Source: Naegleria gruberi
Lineage: Eukaryota
Direction: 5' to 3' (one strand)
DNA length: 64,000 bases
NCBI GenBank assembly: GCA_000004985.1
Contig: GG738854.1
The notes below the pieces were generated by a model. The model searched no databases and was not told where the DNA came from. It saw nothing but the letters and a program-made list of their open reading frames with translations. A program made the position numbers and the translations under genes. The number at the start of each line of letters is the position of its first letter. Position 1 is the stretch's first letter. Positions 23,529 to 34,000 of the stretch are shown in pieces.

Positions 23529-24440
23529 ATGACTTTACCAAATCATCATCTTCAGCATCAGAAGGTTTATCCAATTGAAATTACAAATGAAACAACACCA
23601 TCAGCATCAGATTCTACTACTACTAGTAATGAAATATCATCAAAAGCAATTGATAAAGTCAATAGAAAGGCTTTCGTAATTGATGATTTTGATAAGAGTA
23701 TGGAATTGAAAAATGTAGATGAAAGTTTGGATGATTTTAGTTGGGTTCCAAAATCACCTTTAACCTCAAATTCTACTTATCGACCAAAATCAGCAAGGAA
23801 TAGATATGATCAGGCCTTTAGAATTGAGAATGATCTTCAAGTCTCTCCGAATAGTAATCAACAAGCCTCATACTACAAACAAGCTGCCTTCAATCATATT
23901 CTTAATAATTCAACCAATGTAAATAATAATAATGAAACAACTCAAAAGAATGATGAAAAGAGTGTTGCTAAAACTAAACCAAAATCTGCACCTCCTCATA
24001 TTAAGAGAAATACATCTGATAATAATTCTGAAAGGAAGAATCCATTTGCTATCATTAAGGGATTGTTGAATATGTGTAAAACCAAGAACCATGTCGTTGA
24101 ACATGATGAAACAAAAGAAAATATCAAACCATCATCAGCTAAAAGTAAACATTCAGAAACATGTCAGAATATTACAATTGAAAAAACTCAAGTGGTTGTC
24201 TTTGATAATAGAGCAAATAGAGAAGAACTTCCACCATCACCTCAAATGAATAGAAGAGCTAAATGTGGAGGATATGGAGATGATGATTCAAATAGAGATC
24301 AACCAATTATTGTTCCTCTATATTATCATGTAATGAATGCAGGTAATAATCCTCAAAGTAGTGAAGCTCCTAAATCCAATAATCCAAACACTAATGTTCT
24401 TGACTTGTCTGATTCTGTTTCAGATATTCAAGAATTTTAA
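23529..24440 (+). CDS. Hypothetical low-complexity, probably disordered protein (303 aa)
   Basis: It is an ATG-initiated ORF rich in S/T/N/K, with no recognisable domain. Confidence 0.45.
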   Translation: MTLPNHHLQHQKVYPIEITNETTPSASDSTTTSNEISSKAIDKVNRKAFVIDDFDKSMELKNVDESLDDFSWVPKSPLTSNSTYRPKSARNRYDQAFRIENDLQVSPNSNQQASYYKQAAFNHILNNSTNVNNNNETTQKNDEKSVAKTKPKSAPPHIKRNTSDNNSERKNPFAIIKGLLNMCKTKNHVVEHDETKENIKPSSAKSKHSETCQNITIEKTQVVVFDNRANREELPPSPQMNRRAKCGGYGDDDSNRDQPIIVPLYYHVMNAGNNPQSSEAPKSNNPNTNVLDLSDSVSDIQEF

Positions 24441-24518
24441 ATTGTAAAAACTCTAAGAAATAATTATCAAATATAATGTCCATATTAAATGTATGGTCAA
24501 TAAACCTAGGCATCCTTT

Positions 24519-25442
24519 TTATTGAGTATTAGAATCAGTTGGGATTGTTGCCTTTAAAATTCCACAATCAATCATTAATTTTATCAATTGAGTTGTATAA
24601 TGTGATAATGTATAAGTATTATGTGGAAGTGAATAATCAGCATAATCAATAGAAATATTATATAGATCACTAATTTTAATTTTAGCTGTATTTTGTTGAT
24701 AGGCAGATGATGGTGTTGGTGTATTTGAATCAAAATCCACAAATAAAGTCATAAAATCCTTCATTAACTCTTCAAATAAATAACAATAAGAACAAGGTGA
24801 ATATTCAACATCAATTAAAATTCCTCTCTTTTTAGTTCCATATGAATAAATTCCAACTCTAACAGTAAAATCTCCAAATTTTAAAATTTCACCTTCAATA
24901 GTTACTTTAACAAATTCTGTATAACGTTTTAACTTTTCACAAATCATATCTTTAAAATTTGTACTTGTCACTAATATTTGTTTATCCAATAAAAAGAAAA
25001 TCTTATCAATAGATTTAAGTTCTAATGAAGGAGGAACAAGATTAAAAACTTCTTTTGGTTGATTAAAATCAAAAGATTCTTGTAGTAAAGCTCCTCTAAA
25101 TTTTAAAGTATTCCAAGTTTGATTTAAATTTTGAATATGTTCCTTCTCCACTTCATCTTGTGTATATTGTACACTATGTAATTTTGTATGAGAAGTAAAA
25201 ATTGGAGGTTCTTGTGAATCTGCAGGTGCTGTATTATTAGGATTATATTCTTTAATTTCTATATAAAATTTAGGAGCATTAGGATCTAAAGTTGTTTGTG
25301 ATATTGTTGATAGTGAAGAAATTTTCTCAGCATTATAAAGCCTAATAAGAGAAAGTACTATTTTTCGGTATTCGTTCTGTACTAACTTTTCATCATTGCT
25401 ATATTCTTTAAGTTCCTTGATAAATAATTTATGATAACCCAT
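24519..25442 (-). CDS. med20: Mediator complex subunit 20 (Med20/TRFP family)
   Basis: It has ATG at 25440..25442. The C-terminal block ILKFGDFTVRVGIYSYGTKKRGILIDVEYSPCSYCYLFEELMKDFMTLF matches the conserved Med20 core (compare human [32 protein letters not shown]…LLLEFLQSF). Confidence 0.65.
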   Translation of the reverse strand: MGYHKLFIKELKEYSNDEKLVQNEYRKIVLSLIRLYNAEKISSLSTISQTTLDPNAPKFYIEIKEYNPNNTAPADSQEPPIFTSHTKLHSVQYTQDEVEKEHIQNLNQTWNTLKFRGALLQESFDFNQPKEVFNLVPPSLELKSIDKIFFLLDKQILVTSTNFKDMICEKLKRYTEFVKVTIEGEILKFGDFTVRVGIYSYGTKKRGILIDVEYSPCSYCYLFEELMKDFMTLFVDFDSNTPTPSSAYQQNTAKIKISDLYNISIDYADYSLPHNTYTLSHYTTQLIKLMIDCGILKATIPTDSNTQ

Positions 25443-25608
25443 TTATATTGTTTTTGATGATGATCGTTCTATTATGTACAAAAATTAATGTATGATGAAT
25501 ACGAAGGCTTTTTGATGATGACTTTGTGAAGCCTTGTTTGATACAAAGACGTGTATTCAAATTTTTTAAAAATAAATTAAATTGCATTGGAATTTTCACC
25601 AACAAAAA

Positions 25609-25951
25609 ATGTCTGCAACAACAACAAAGAATAATAATACCTACAAATGCCAATCGATGGATGAATTTATATCTAAAACCGAAGCACTTTTTAATCAATT
25701 TCCAAATGATACACGATATGTTATGAAATTTAGTAATAAGAAAGGAAAAATGAGCTTAAAAACCACTAATGACACCTATGTTGTAAAATATTGTACAGAT
25801 CAAGCTTCCGATTTGCAACATCTTGAGAAATTAAACAATTTTGTAATGACAGTGACGACATCAAAGAGTAAGTTATTGGAAAATTATTGATGGATTATTA
25901 ATATGAATTTTATTCTCATCATCAGACGAGGAATTAAAAGCAAAGAAATAA
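25609..25951 (+). CDS. srp9: Signal recognition particle 9 kDa subunit (SRP9). Exons 25609..25867 and 25926..25951.
   Basis: MSATTTKNNNTYKCQSMDEFISKTEALFNQFPNDTRYVMKFSNKKGKMSLKTTNDTYVVKYCTDQASDLQHLEKLNNFVMTVTTSK aligns with SRP9 (…[30 protein letters not shown]). A 58-bp GTAAGT…atcag intron (phase 1) adds the tail N-EELKAKK*. The promoter is divergent from Med20. Confidence 0.65.
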
Positions 25952-26175
25952 ATAAATTTACTAATTTAATCAGCATGAATAACACAACATCTATGCATAT
26001 TACAACAATAACATCATCAATAATATGAGTAAAGAAATGAATTTCATCATCACACAATTTTGTCTAGATAAGAAAAAGGCTTGATTTGGTGAAAAAAGGC
26101 TTTAAAAAAATTATCATCATTTAACAAGAGAATTTTCTTCATCATCAACAACAACATTATACTATTATTGATAAT

Positions 26176-27534
26176 ATGAATCGATTATTCTCTGGAGGAG
26201 GAAGACATTTTTCTCGTGCTGTTATTTACAGTGCAACATTATCATTTGTTGGAATTAACTTTTTCACCTTTTCTCATTATATTAAACATTCCTATTGGGA
26301 TAATTTACATACTTCTCCTGCACCATCAAGTGGACAATATATGCAACCACCTGAAGAAATTACAAATTCAAGCAAGGAAGAAAAATTATTCTATACATTA
26401 AAATCTAATCAATCATCATCATCTAATGGAACGAAAAAATTAATCATCTTCCTTCCTGATATTGTTGAAACAAGAGAAGTTTTCCAAGATTTGGAATATC
26501 AAATGTTACATAATCCACAAGTTAACGATCAACAAATTTATTCATTAAGATATGATAGATTTGGATATGGATATAGTAATGTTGTAAAAGGACCAAGACA
26601 TTTACATAATATGAGTATTGAATTACATACACTTATTGAACATGTTTTAAAGAATAATATTGAATTGAATGAAAATGAAAAACTTGAAATTTCACTTGTA
26701 GGTCATGGATTTGGAGCAATGTTAGCAAGAATGTATTTGTATAAATTTTCAAATACTTTTGAAAGTGAATTTAAAAATGTCAAAATTGCAAAGAATATAT
26801 TAATTTCACCACTTCATGAAAGATTTATTCAATTTTCACCATTCTATGTGGATTATCTTGTTGACTGGAAATCAAGAGGTTTTATTAATAGACTTTTATC
26901 ATTCCACGGTTTTATGGAATGGTTATTTAAATTTAATCCAAGATTTTCTTTAAAGGATGAAGTTATTTATCCATTTATGGAAACTATTGCAGATGATGTA
27001 CCAACAACAACTTGGAATGTTAAATATAATGGAACTGAAGGATCAACAGATTATGATGATGATCATTTAATTTCTAAAGATGAAGCTAAGAAGAGATTGG
27101 AATTTCATATGAGAAATGATAATTTATGGAAAACTGTTAGAAATGAAACAAATTTATTCAAGAGATCATGTGTACAATTGAATGATTGTCGTAAGAGTGC
27201 AGAGCCACACTATAAACAACAAGAACAATCAGCATCAGCAGCAACAGAACAACAACAACCAGAAGAAGCTAACACTACACAACCAATTAATACTTCCAAT
27301 ATTGATGTTCTAGTTGTTGATGTCGATCATTCAAGAGATGACGAACTTGGCAGAAAGGGAGTTAAAGTTTTCTTTGATAAGAATAGTGAATTTTCACAAG
27401 TTGATTATCTCAACGATCTTGTTGAAGGATATTCTAATAAGAGTAAGGTTATTTCACTCAATAATTATAATCACTACTCTGTATTGAATACACCTGCTCT
27501 TGCACAAACTGTAATTAACTTCCTCAAACAATAA
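26176..27534 (+). CDS. Alpha/beta-hydrolase-fold protein lacking the nucleophile serine (GHGFG instead of GHSxG); N-terminal membrane anchor
   Basis: It is a 452-aa ORF with an N-terminal hydrophobic segment. The abhydrolase core is present (KKLIIFLPDIVETREVF…YDRFGYGYSN…LEISLVGHGFGAMLARMYL), but the GxSxG serine is replaced by Gly. Confidence 0.65.
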   Translation: MNRLFSGGGRHFSRAVIYSATLSFVGINFFTFSHYIKHSYWDNLHTSPAPSSGQYMQPPEEITNSSKEEKLFYTLKSNQSSSSNGTKKLIIFLPDIVETREVFQDLEYQMLHNPQVNDQQIYSLRYDRFGYGYSNVVKGPRHLHNMSIELHTLIEHVLKNNIELNENEKLEISLVGHGFGAMLARMYLYKFSNTFESEFKNVKIAKNILISPLHERFIQFSPFYVDYLVDWKSRGFINRLLSFHGFMEWLFKFNPRFSLKDEVIYPFMETIADDVPTTTWNVKYNGTEGSTDYDDDHLISKDEAKKRLEFHMRNDNLWKTVRNETNLFKRSCVQLNDCRKSAEPHYKQQEQSASAATEQQQPEEANTTQPINTSNIDVLVVDVDHSRDDELGRKGVKVFFDKNSEFSQVDYLNDLVEGYSNKSKVISLNNYNHYSVLNTPALAQTVINFLKQ

Positions 27535-28060
27535 ATAATGGAATATTTTACAACAGTACAAAGTATTCATTGTACCTTCATCTTCACTTATTCAGATCCT
27601 ATAGTGAGATGGTGGATATCAAAGTATCTGTTTTCCCAGAATAATAATGTTAAGGATGATAATTTATCTATATTTATTATCCTTTCAATAAGTCAAAAAG
27701 TACAATTCCGTAAATCTTTGCATTGTCTTTTGTTAAACCTTAATGTTTTTTGGAAAAATGCAACTACTATGAAAGATATGAAATATTACTTCAAATCCAC
27801 AGATAATGGATGGATCTTGTGTAACCTACCAATCACAAGCCTGTCTCCCAAAAAAATTATCAATGAGTTGGGCCAATTAGACAATTAGCATAATAGCTCT
27901 TTCTTCTTCTGAACTCTCTTGTCTTATTATCAGTGAAACTCTAAAGGCAACTCTAATTTTCTATAGAAAAATAGTTTAAAAAAATGGATCCACATGGCTC
28001 TTTTGTTTCATCCGAAACTTCCTTAACATCCTTCATCATCACCATTTAAAGATAAATGGT

Positions 28061-28261
28061 TCATTTGTTAAGATTTATATTACTCAATTTGTTTGTAATA
28101 TGTTGTAAAACATAACTGTCATCCTTTTCAAGACGTTTCACACTTGTCTTCTTTCTTGTTTTGTGTTGCTTGTCAATTCCATTCTTTTTTCTCTCCTCCT
28201 TTTCTCTTTCCATCTTTGCCATTAATTCCCTATATGCTGGACAAGTATCATAATACTCCAT
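28061..28261 (-). CDS. Small basic protein (66 aa; MEYYDTCPAYRELMAKMEREKEERKKNGIDKQHKTRKK…)
   Basis: It is a short ATG-initiated ORF (ATG at 28259..28261), Lys/Arg-rich. It is possibly real, but no family is recognised. Confidence 0.3.
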   Translation of the reverse strand: MEYYDTCPAYRELMAKMEREKEERKKNGIDKQHKTRKKTSVKRLEKDDSYVLQHITNKLSNINLNK

Positions 28262-28317
28262 TTTCCTGCTCAATCATAGTGGGCAATATTACTTAGTAAG
28301 CATTCAAAAATTTTGGA

Positions 28318-28633
28318 ATGTCAAAGAGAGGTGAGAGGTTTAATTTTCAAACTCCTTCCAGAGGAACCAATTTTTCCTAACAAGTTAATTGTTGTGATTT
28401 GTAATGAGCTTGTTTATCATTTTCATATTGAAGTCAGTTTTAAAAGAGATGTTATTGTAAGAGTTTATAATGTACTCAATATCCATAACGTGACGGACTT
28501 ACAACGAATTATATCTAATTTTTACTTGGTTTCAAAACCATTCTGCCAAGATTTTGAAACATATATTGATGATTGTTTTTTCAAATTTCGGAACCATCTC
28601 AGAGAGTGTTTCACCATTATTCAAGTTGATTAG
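28318..28633 (+). CDS. Small hypothetical protein. It needs a 31-bp micro-intron (28331..28361) to obtain an ATG start. Exons 28318..28330 and 28362..28633.
   Basis: The long ORF (…EEPIFPNKLIVVICNELVYHFHIEVSFKRDVIVRVYNVLNIH…) has no in-frame ATG. An upstream ATG TCA AAG AGA G is followed by GTGAGA…actccttccag, a strong donor/polypyrimidine/CAG acceptor pair. A phase-1 splice is in frame. Confidence 0.35.
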
Positions 28634-29715
28634 TTAGCTTCCTATTATTAAGATAAATATTGAATTTTATAGATTATTCATAATAGAAATATTGAAGTAA
28701 TTGTCAAGTTCTATGAAATTACAGATTCGAATACACAATACATTTTAAAATCTCATTCTTTCCCACAACAATTGAATATCATATTTGTTGTATCAAAATA
28801 AATATTACCCACTTACCTACTCAACTACAGTTCACTACAACTATTTCTAATGAGGACACAGATCCGCAGTAAGCGCACTGTCACAACAATCATCGCCACA
28901 TGAAATTTCCTTTTGTTGCTTCTTTAAATTACAATGCAATACAAAAGAAACTTCATACAATGTATTCGAAACAATGTCTAGACAAGCTTTTTTTTACTCT
29001 GTTTCAGTTTTTAATTAATTAAATAGTCAATTCCTAAATGTGTTCACAAAAGCTAAACTTGTCGAAACAGTGCCGGTGAATTTCGCTAACGTGCATGACA
29101 AGTAACACATTCAGACAATTTAATGAAGTTGTTTCATTTTGTGATTTAATCCAATTGATTAAAGCTTGCAGTTTAATATGAACCATCCACAGACCAAAAA
29201 ACCGTATTACTGCCAATACGTCAAATTTCAAATGGTCTCTTCATTTGAAAATACTTAAAAGTAATGTTGCCGTGATATGAAATCTTGTTATGGCTTATTT
29301 TGCTTTCGTACAGCCAGGACTTTAAGGGAAGTTAAGAATACTAGTGATATGCAATTAAAAGCTGTTGGTCGGTTGTTGCTGTTGGAGCCTTGACACATTT
29401 CGCACCGGTTTCAAGTTGGTATTGATTCGTATAAAAAAAACTATTCGAAACAGTTCTGCACCGAATCACTCTCTCGGTAGAAACACTCAGTCACCACGTT
29501 GAAAAAGCGAAATCTTTGGTAACATTATTGTTCATCATTGAAATGCCAACTACATGTCCTTATCATTATCTTACTCATCTAAAAGTTTGTAATCTTTACT
29601 GTTTTTATTAAATAATTAACAATCAATTACACAAATACCAACTATCCATTCTCAAAAATAGTGCAATCAAGATGTTTGTGTTATTCGAAAGGCTTACCCA
29701 AATGACTCTGAAATT

Positions 29716-30875
29716 ATGGAACAACAATACTTTTTTCTCTTGAAAGAAATATATGAGAGAAATATTCCACAACGATCCCAAATGAATTCCATTCTGAGAG
29801 ATAAATTCCTTCAACATGCTCCAAATTCAATGTTGGCACTCGTTGAATCAGTGAAGGAAATGAATGAATGTGGTATTAATGTTAAAGATGTTCCAAAGAG
29901 ATCTGTATTGGCTTGTGAAATATTAGATATTACCAATGTTAATACCCTCATTTCTAATACCAAAGAAGTGGCTTCAAATCTTCATCATGTAATAACAATA
30001 CCAACAACAAATACAAATTGTTGTTGTAGTAATAGTGCAGATGAGAAATGTGCATGTAATGGTCATCATACAACAACAACAATATCAAATATGCCCAATA
30101 ATCATTGCACATCATCTAACTATCAAAATGGTAGTTGTAATCTATCGTCGCCTACTTCTCCTTTTGGAGCATGTTTTACATCAAAGTTTACTTTACAAAA
30201 GAAGAGAATTCCAAAAAGATCATCACCTCCAACCATACAATCCTCATCAACTGCTACATGTTCCTCAACTAACATGCCATTCACAAGCTACTATAACAGT
30301 GGGGCTGTGTATTTTGATCAACCAACAACTCAAATTTCAGAACAAAATCTGAAGAGAAAGCATTCGAATGTGAATGTCATGCAACATGAAACTTTGATTC
30401 CAAGAACATGCAAAGTAAGAACATTGAATCAACCAACACAACAAGTATCACCACCTCCACCTCCACAACCACAACAATATATATGTATCAGTTTCATGCA
30501 ATTGGTTCACCTCAATCACCTTCAACATGTTCCTCTTCTAATACTAACAACACATTTGAATATAATAATCAGCAGCAGCAACAACAGCACGATTCAAAGA
30601 AGAGAAAGATTGTTGATACATCATTCCACCTCTCCACCCAATATTCCACAACTGCACACAGTTCTTCCTATGTTTTAGTACCAAATTCGTCACCTCCTCC
30701 ACCTGTATATTATCCTTCTCCTCCAAATACTCCTAATACTCCACCTCCTCCTCCTACCAACTCATTCTCATCATTCAACACTTGTTTATCATTACCCTCA
30801 CCAACTCTATCACCATGTAAATTACCTCCAATAAGAGATTTACTCAACTCTCTGCAGTATCCTTCCTCAATATAA
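29716..30875 (+). CDS. Proline/threonine-rich probable nuclear protein with an internal frame discontinuity near 30475-30490 (ORF 29716..30678 continues in the +1 frame to 30875)
   Basis: The N-terminal part is ordered (MEQQYFFLLKEIYERNIPQRSQMNSILRDKFLQHAPNS…). The C-terminal part (SPQSPSTCSSS…KKRKIVDT…SSPPPPVYYPSPPNTPNTPPPPPTNS…) reads in another frame. The two halves overlap around an atatatat run with no canonical intron. Confidence 0.45.
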
Positions 30876-31016
30876 AGTCCCTCAAAATTTCTTTTTAAAA
30901 TAAATTTTAATTCTTCTTCTTATTAAATCGGAGTAATTTCCTATTAGGAATGAATGTTGTGATGATATTAGCAAAGGTCAAAACAAGGCTTTGAAATTTT
31001 AATTTTTATAAAAAAA

Positions 31017-34000
31017 ATGGGACAATCACAAGGTTCCCTCCCACCAGAGTTTGAACAATCACTCGGAAGAGTGTTACATTTTGATGATCAATTGTTGATG
31101 GAAACATGTCCTAATGTTGAACAACAATTTGATATTTTACATGATATTGTACTCTCGTTATATGATCATTCGCAATTTAAACATTTTATACAAACACGAA
31201 TAGATGCTCTAGTATTAAAACATTTAGGAAGAATTTTGTGTTTTCTTGTTAATATTCACAAAGAATTAATGGAACAAGAACAACAAATTTTATACAAGAA
31301 ACAAACAAGTTTAACTTTAGAAATTGAAAAAGTTATTATATGTATATATGAAATGGCAGTACATTTTCTATCAAATCCATTCTTGTATCAATCATTAGCA
31401 CTTAATTTATTACAAGGAGAAAAGAATTCTCAAGAAAAGGAACAAGTGTATAGTTATTATATCGATCCTGGATTTTATTTCCTTTCTAAAGCAAATATTA
31501 TAGAACAAGTTTTAAGATTTTTGAAGGAATTAACAATTGGAGGACCAAGTAGACACTTGTTTTTAGAACCACAAACACCAACAACTGATGTAAATGGACA
31601 ACAAGATCAAAAAATTACAGAACAACGAAAACAAGATTTTATTGGATCTATTATGGAAATTCAACAACAATTTGCTTTAAAATCTAGAGGGTGAGTATTT
31701 TACAATGTAATTGAATTCTCATCAAATATAGATTTGAATTAATGTACACAATTTTGGAATTTTATGTTCATGATAAGGCAAAGAAGCAAAAGAAACACAT
31801 AACAAAACAAGTACTTGCTAAAATTATATTAACTGTCTTGGATATTTCTAAAAATATACTTGATAATGAAAATTCTACTGTTGCAAAAGCCTTTATTTCT
31901 ATTTTTGGACTTGATGCGGATAGGGACATTGCTATACGGAAGAGATTTTGTCATAATTTATTATTCTTATGTCAAATTACCCAACCAAATATTCAAATAC
32001 AAGATTTGTCACAAGATTCAGAATTGGATTTGTATTTTTTAATTAGAATGGGTGCTATTCACCTTCTTTTTATAATATTTAATTATTCATCAGTGGAGGG
32101 AAGAAAGTTAATAATTGATTGTGTTATTATTTATGGATTACTTTTAAATCAGTTGAAAAATTTAATAATCCAACAACAAACATCATCCCTCATTAATAAT
32201 CAATCTAAACAACTAATGATCAATTTAGAATTTTTGAGAGTTTGCTCCAGTTTAAATACTGGTTCTCTTGAAAATATTTGTACATTTCTCTTGAGTAATT
32301 TATTACCCCAACAAATGGTCTTGTACATAACCAACTCACAAATTGTGCTTGAGAATGAAAATGTTGAAAATTTATTCTCTATGGATCATTATTCATACTC
32401 TCTGGTGTGGAATCAACAAATGAGAGATGAACTTGTTAAAGTCATTGATACAGAATTATCATTGGCAGAAGATAGATTGGATTTGATTTCCAATGAGCAC
32501 CAATGGGTCTCTGTACTTAGTATTTGTAAAGATTTAAAAATTAATTATAAGAATTTGCATAGTGAAATTGAAGTGAATGGAATTTACATTGAAAGAGCAC
32601 TTGAATATTTATCTCTTAATCCTGATGCAATTATTGAAAATCTACTCACCCACGAAACTTTTGATAGTTTGTATGAAAAGATGCAAATGCTCTCGAATAC
32701 AGACAAAGAAGACTTGGAGTTGAAAAATAAGATACTGATAACACTTTCACGATTGAATGAGTTGGTAAAATTATTACAAATTAACTCAATGAACTCCAAA
32801 CCAAATGAACAAAATGCTAATAATGAATCTGGTACATTATCAGTGCCTTCAGTGTCTGATTTAATTCCAAGAAAATCAGCAACTCCACCTCTTCACAAAA
32901 TGATCTACTTGTCTAAGTTACTTTCATTGAAACATTTTAAAGATGAATACTTTTACAATACAGCAGTGCTTATATCTTCAATCTTATCAAATAAGAAGAA
33001 GATAGCAAATTATGTGGAAGATTTAGACAGAGAAGATGCTCTAACTAATATAATGATTCATTTAGCAAGAGAACAGCTTATATCATTTTACTATTCTGAT
33101 CAAGGAAATACAGTCTATATGGAAACAGAAGGACTTAGAAGAATTTTATCATTGGTTTATATTTTGGGAGAATTATTGAACTTTAAACCTAGAAGAATGT
33201 TAGATATTGTAAATAATCCAAATTTCATTAATGTGATTGTAATGAATTTAAGTCTTTCATCAAATAAGACTGAGAAGTTGGAGTTAATATGGCAATCTGT
33301 ATTTTTATTGCATACCCTTTTAGATTCTCCTCTTTACAATTCTCTCAAGTTGAGACAAACTATTCAAAAAACAGGAGTGTTTGAATATTTGCTTGTTATT
33401 ATTTTAAATATGGAAGAACATAGCACCAAATGTTTAACTGCTATTGTTAACTTTTTAAAAGCTTTCCATGTAATCCCACTATCCACAACTGATCAAAGAC
33501 AGTCATTTGAGAGTTATTCTTTCTTGAGATACTTTTTACCAAGTCAACTACTGAAATTATTAGCAAGTGATAAGGAAAGAGATGTAGATTTATTCATTTC
33601 TGCTCTTACTAAACGTGAATATAGTTCACCATTCCTGATTTGGAATGGAACACATAGGAGTATTTTGAAAAATTCTCTCTCTAAACGTTTAAAGGTATTT
33701 GATGAAAAGAGAAAAACACTTTCTAAACAAGTTGCTGAATGGCAACAAACTGAGCCAACTAAAATTGCAAAGGTAATATTCTCTTCGTCAATAACTACCA
33801 ATTACTTGTACACTTTTGAGGAGCCAGAAATTATTTCTTATCAAGATCTAGATGAAAAACTTTCTATCAATGACATATTTGTAGAAGCTTTTGTTAATTT
33901 ACAACCAGGTGGAACAGAAACAGATGAGGATGCATCTATTAATGAACTTGAATATCCTGATGTTTTCTTACTCAAATTGGTCGAAGCATTACAAAAGGAG

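Noticed and set aside
25429-25726. Small ORFs (25429..25698 minus, 25526..25726 plus) overlapping the SRP9 start and promoter
   Set aside because: They are out of frame or antisense to the well-supported SRP9 exon, with no conserved features.
27538-27888. 116-aa ATG-initiated plus-strand ORF starting 3 nt after the hydrolase stop codon
   Set aside because: Its composition is Trp/Cys/Phe-rich and odd, with no motif. It lies where the 3' UTR of the upstream gene should be. It is most likely a chance ORF.
30035-30726. ORFs 30035..30352 (+) and 30544..30726 (-) inside the Pro-rich gene
   Set aside because: They are alternative-frame or antisense readings of low-complexity CAA/CCA repeats within a better-supported coding frame.
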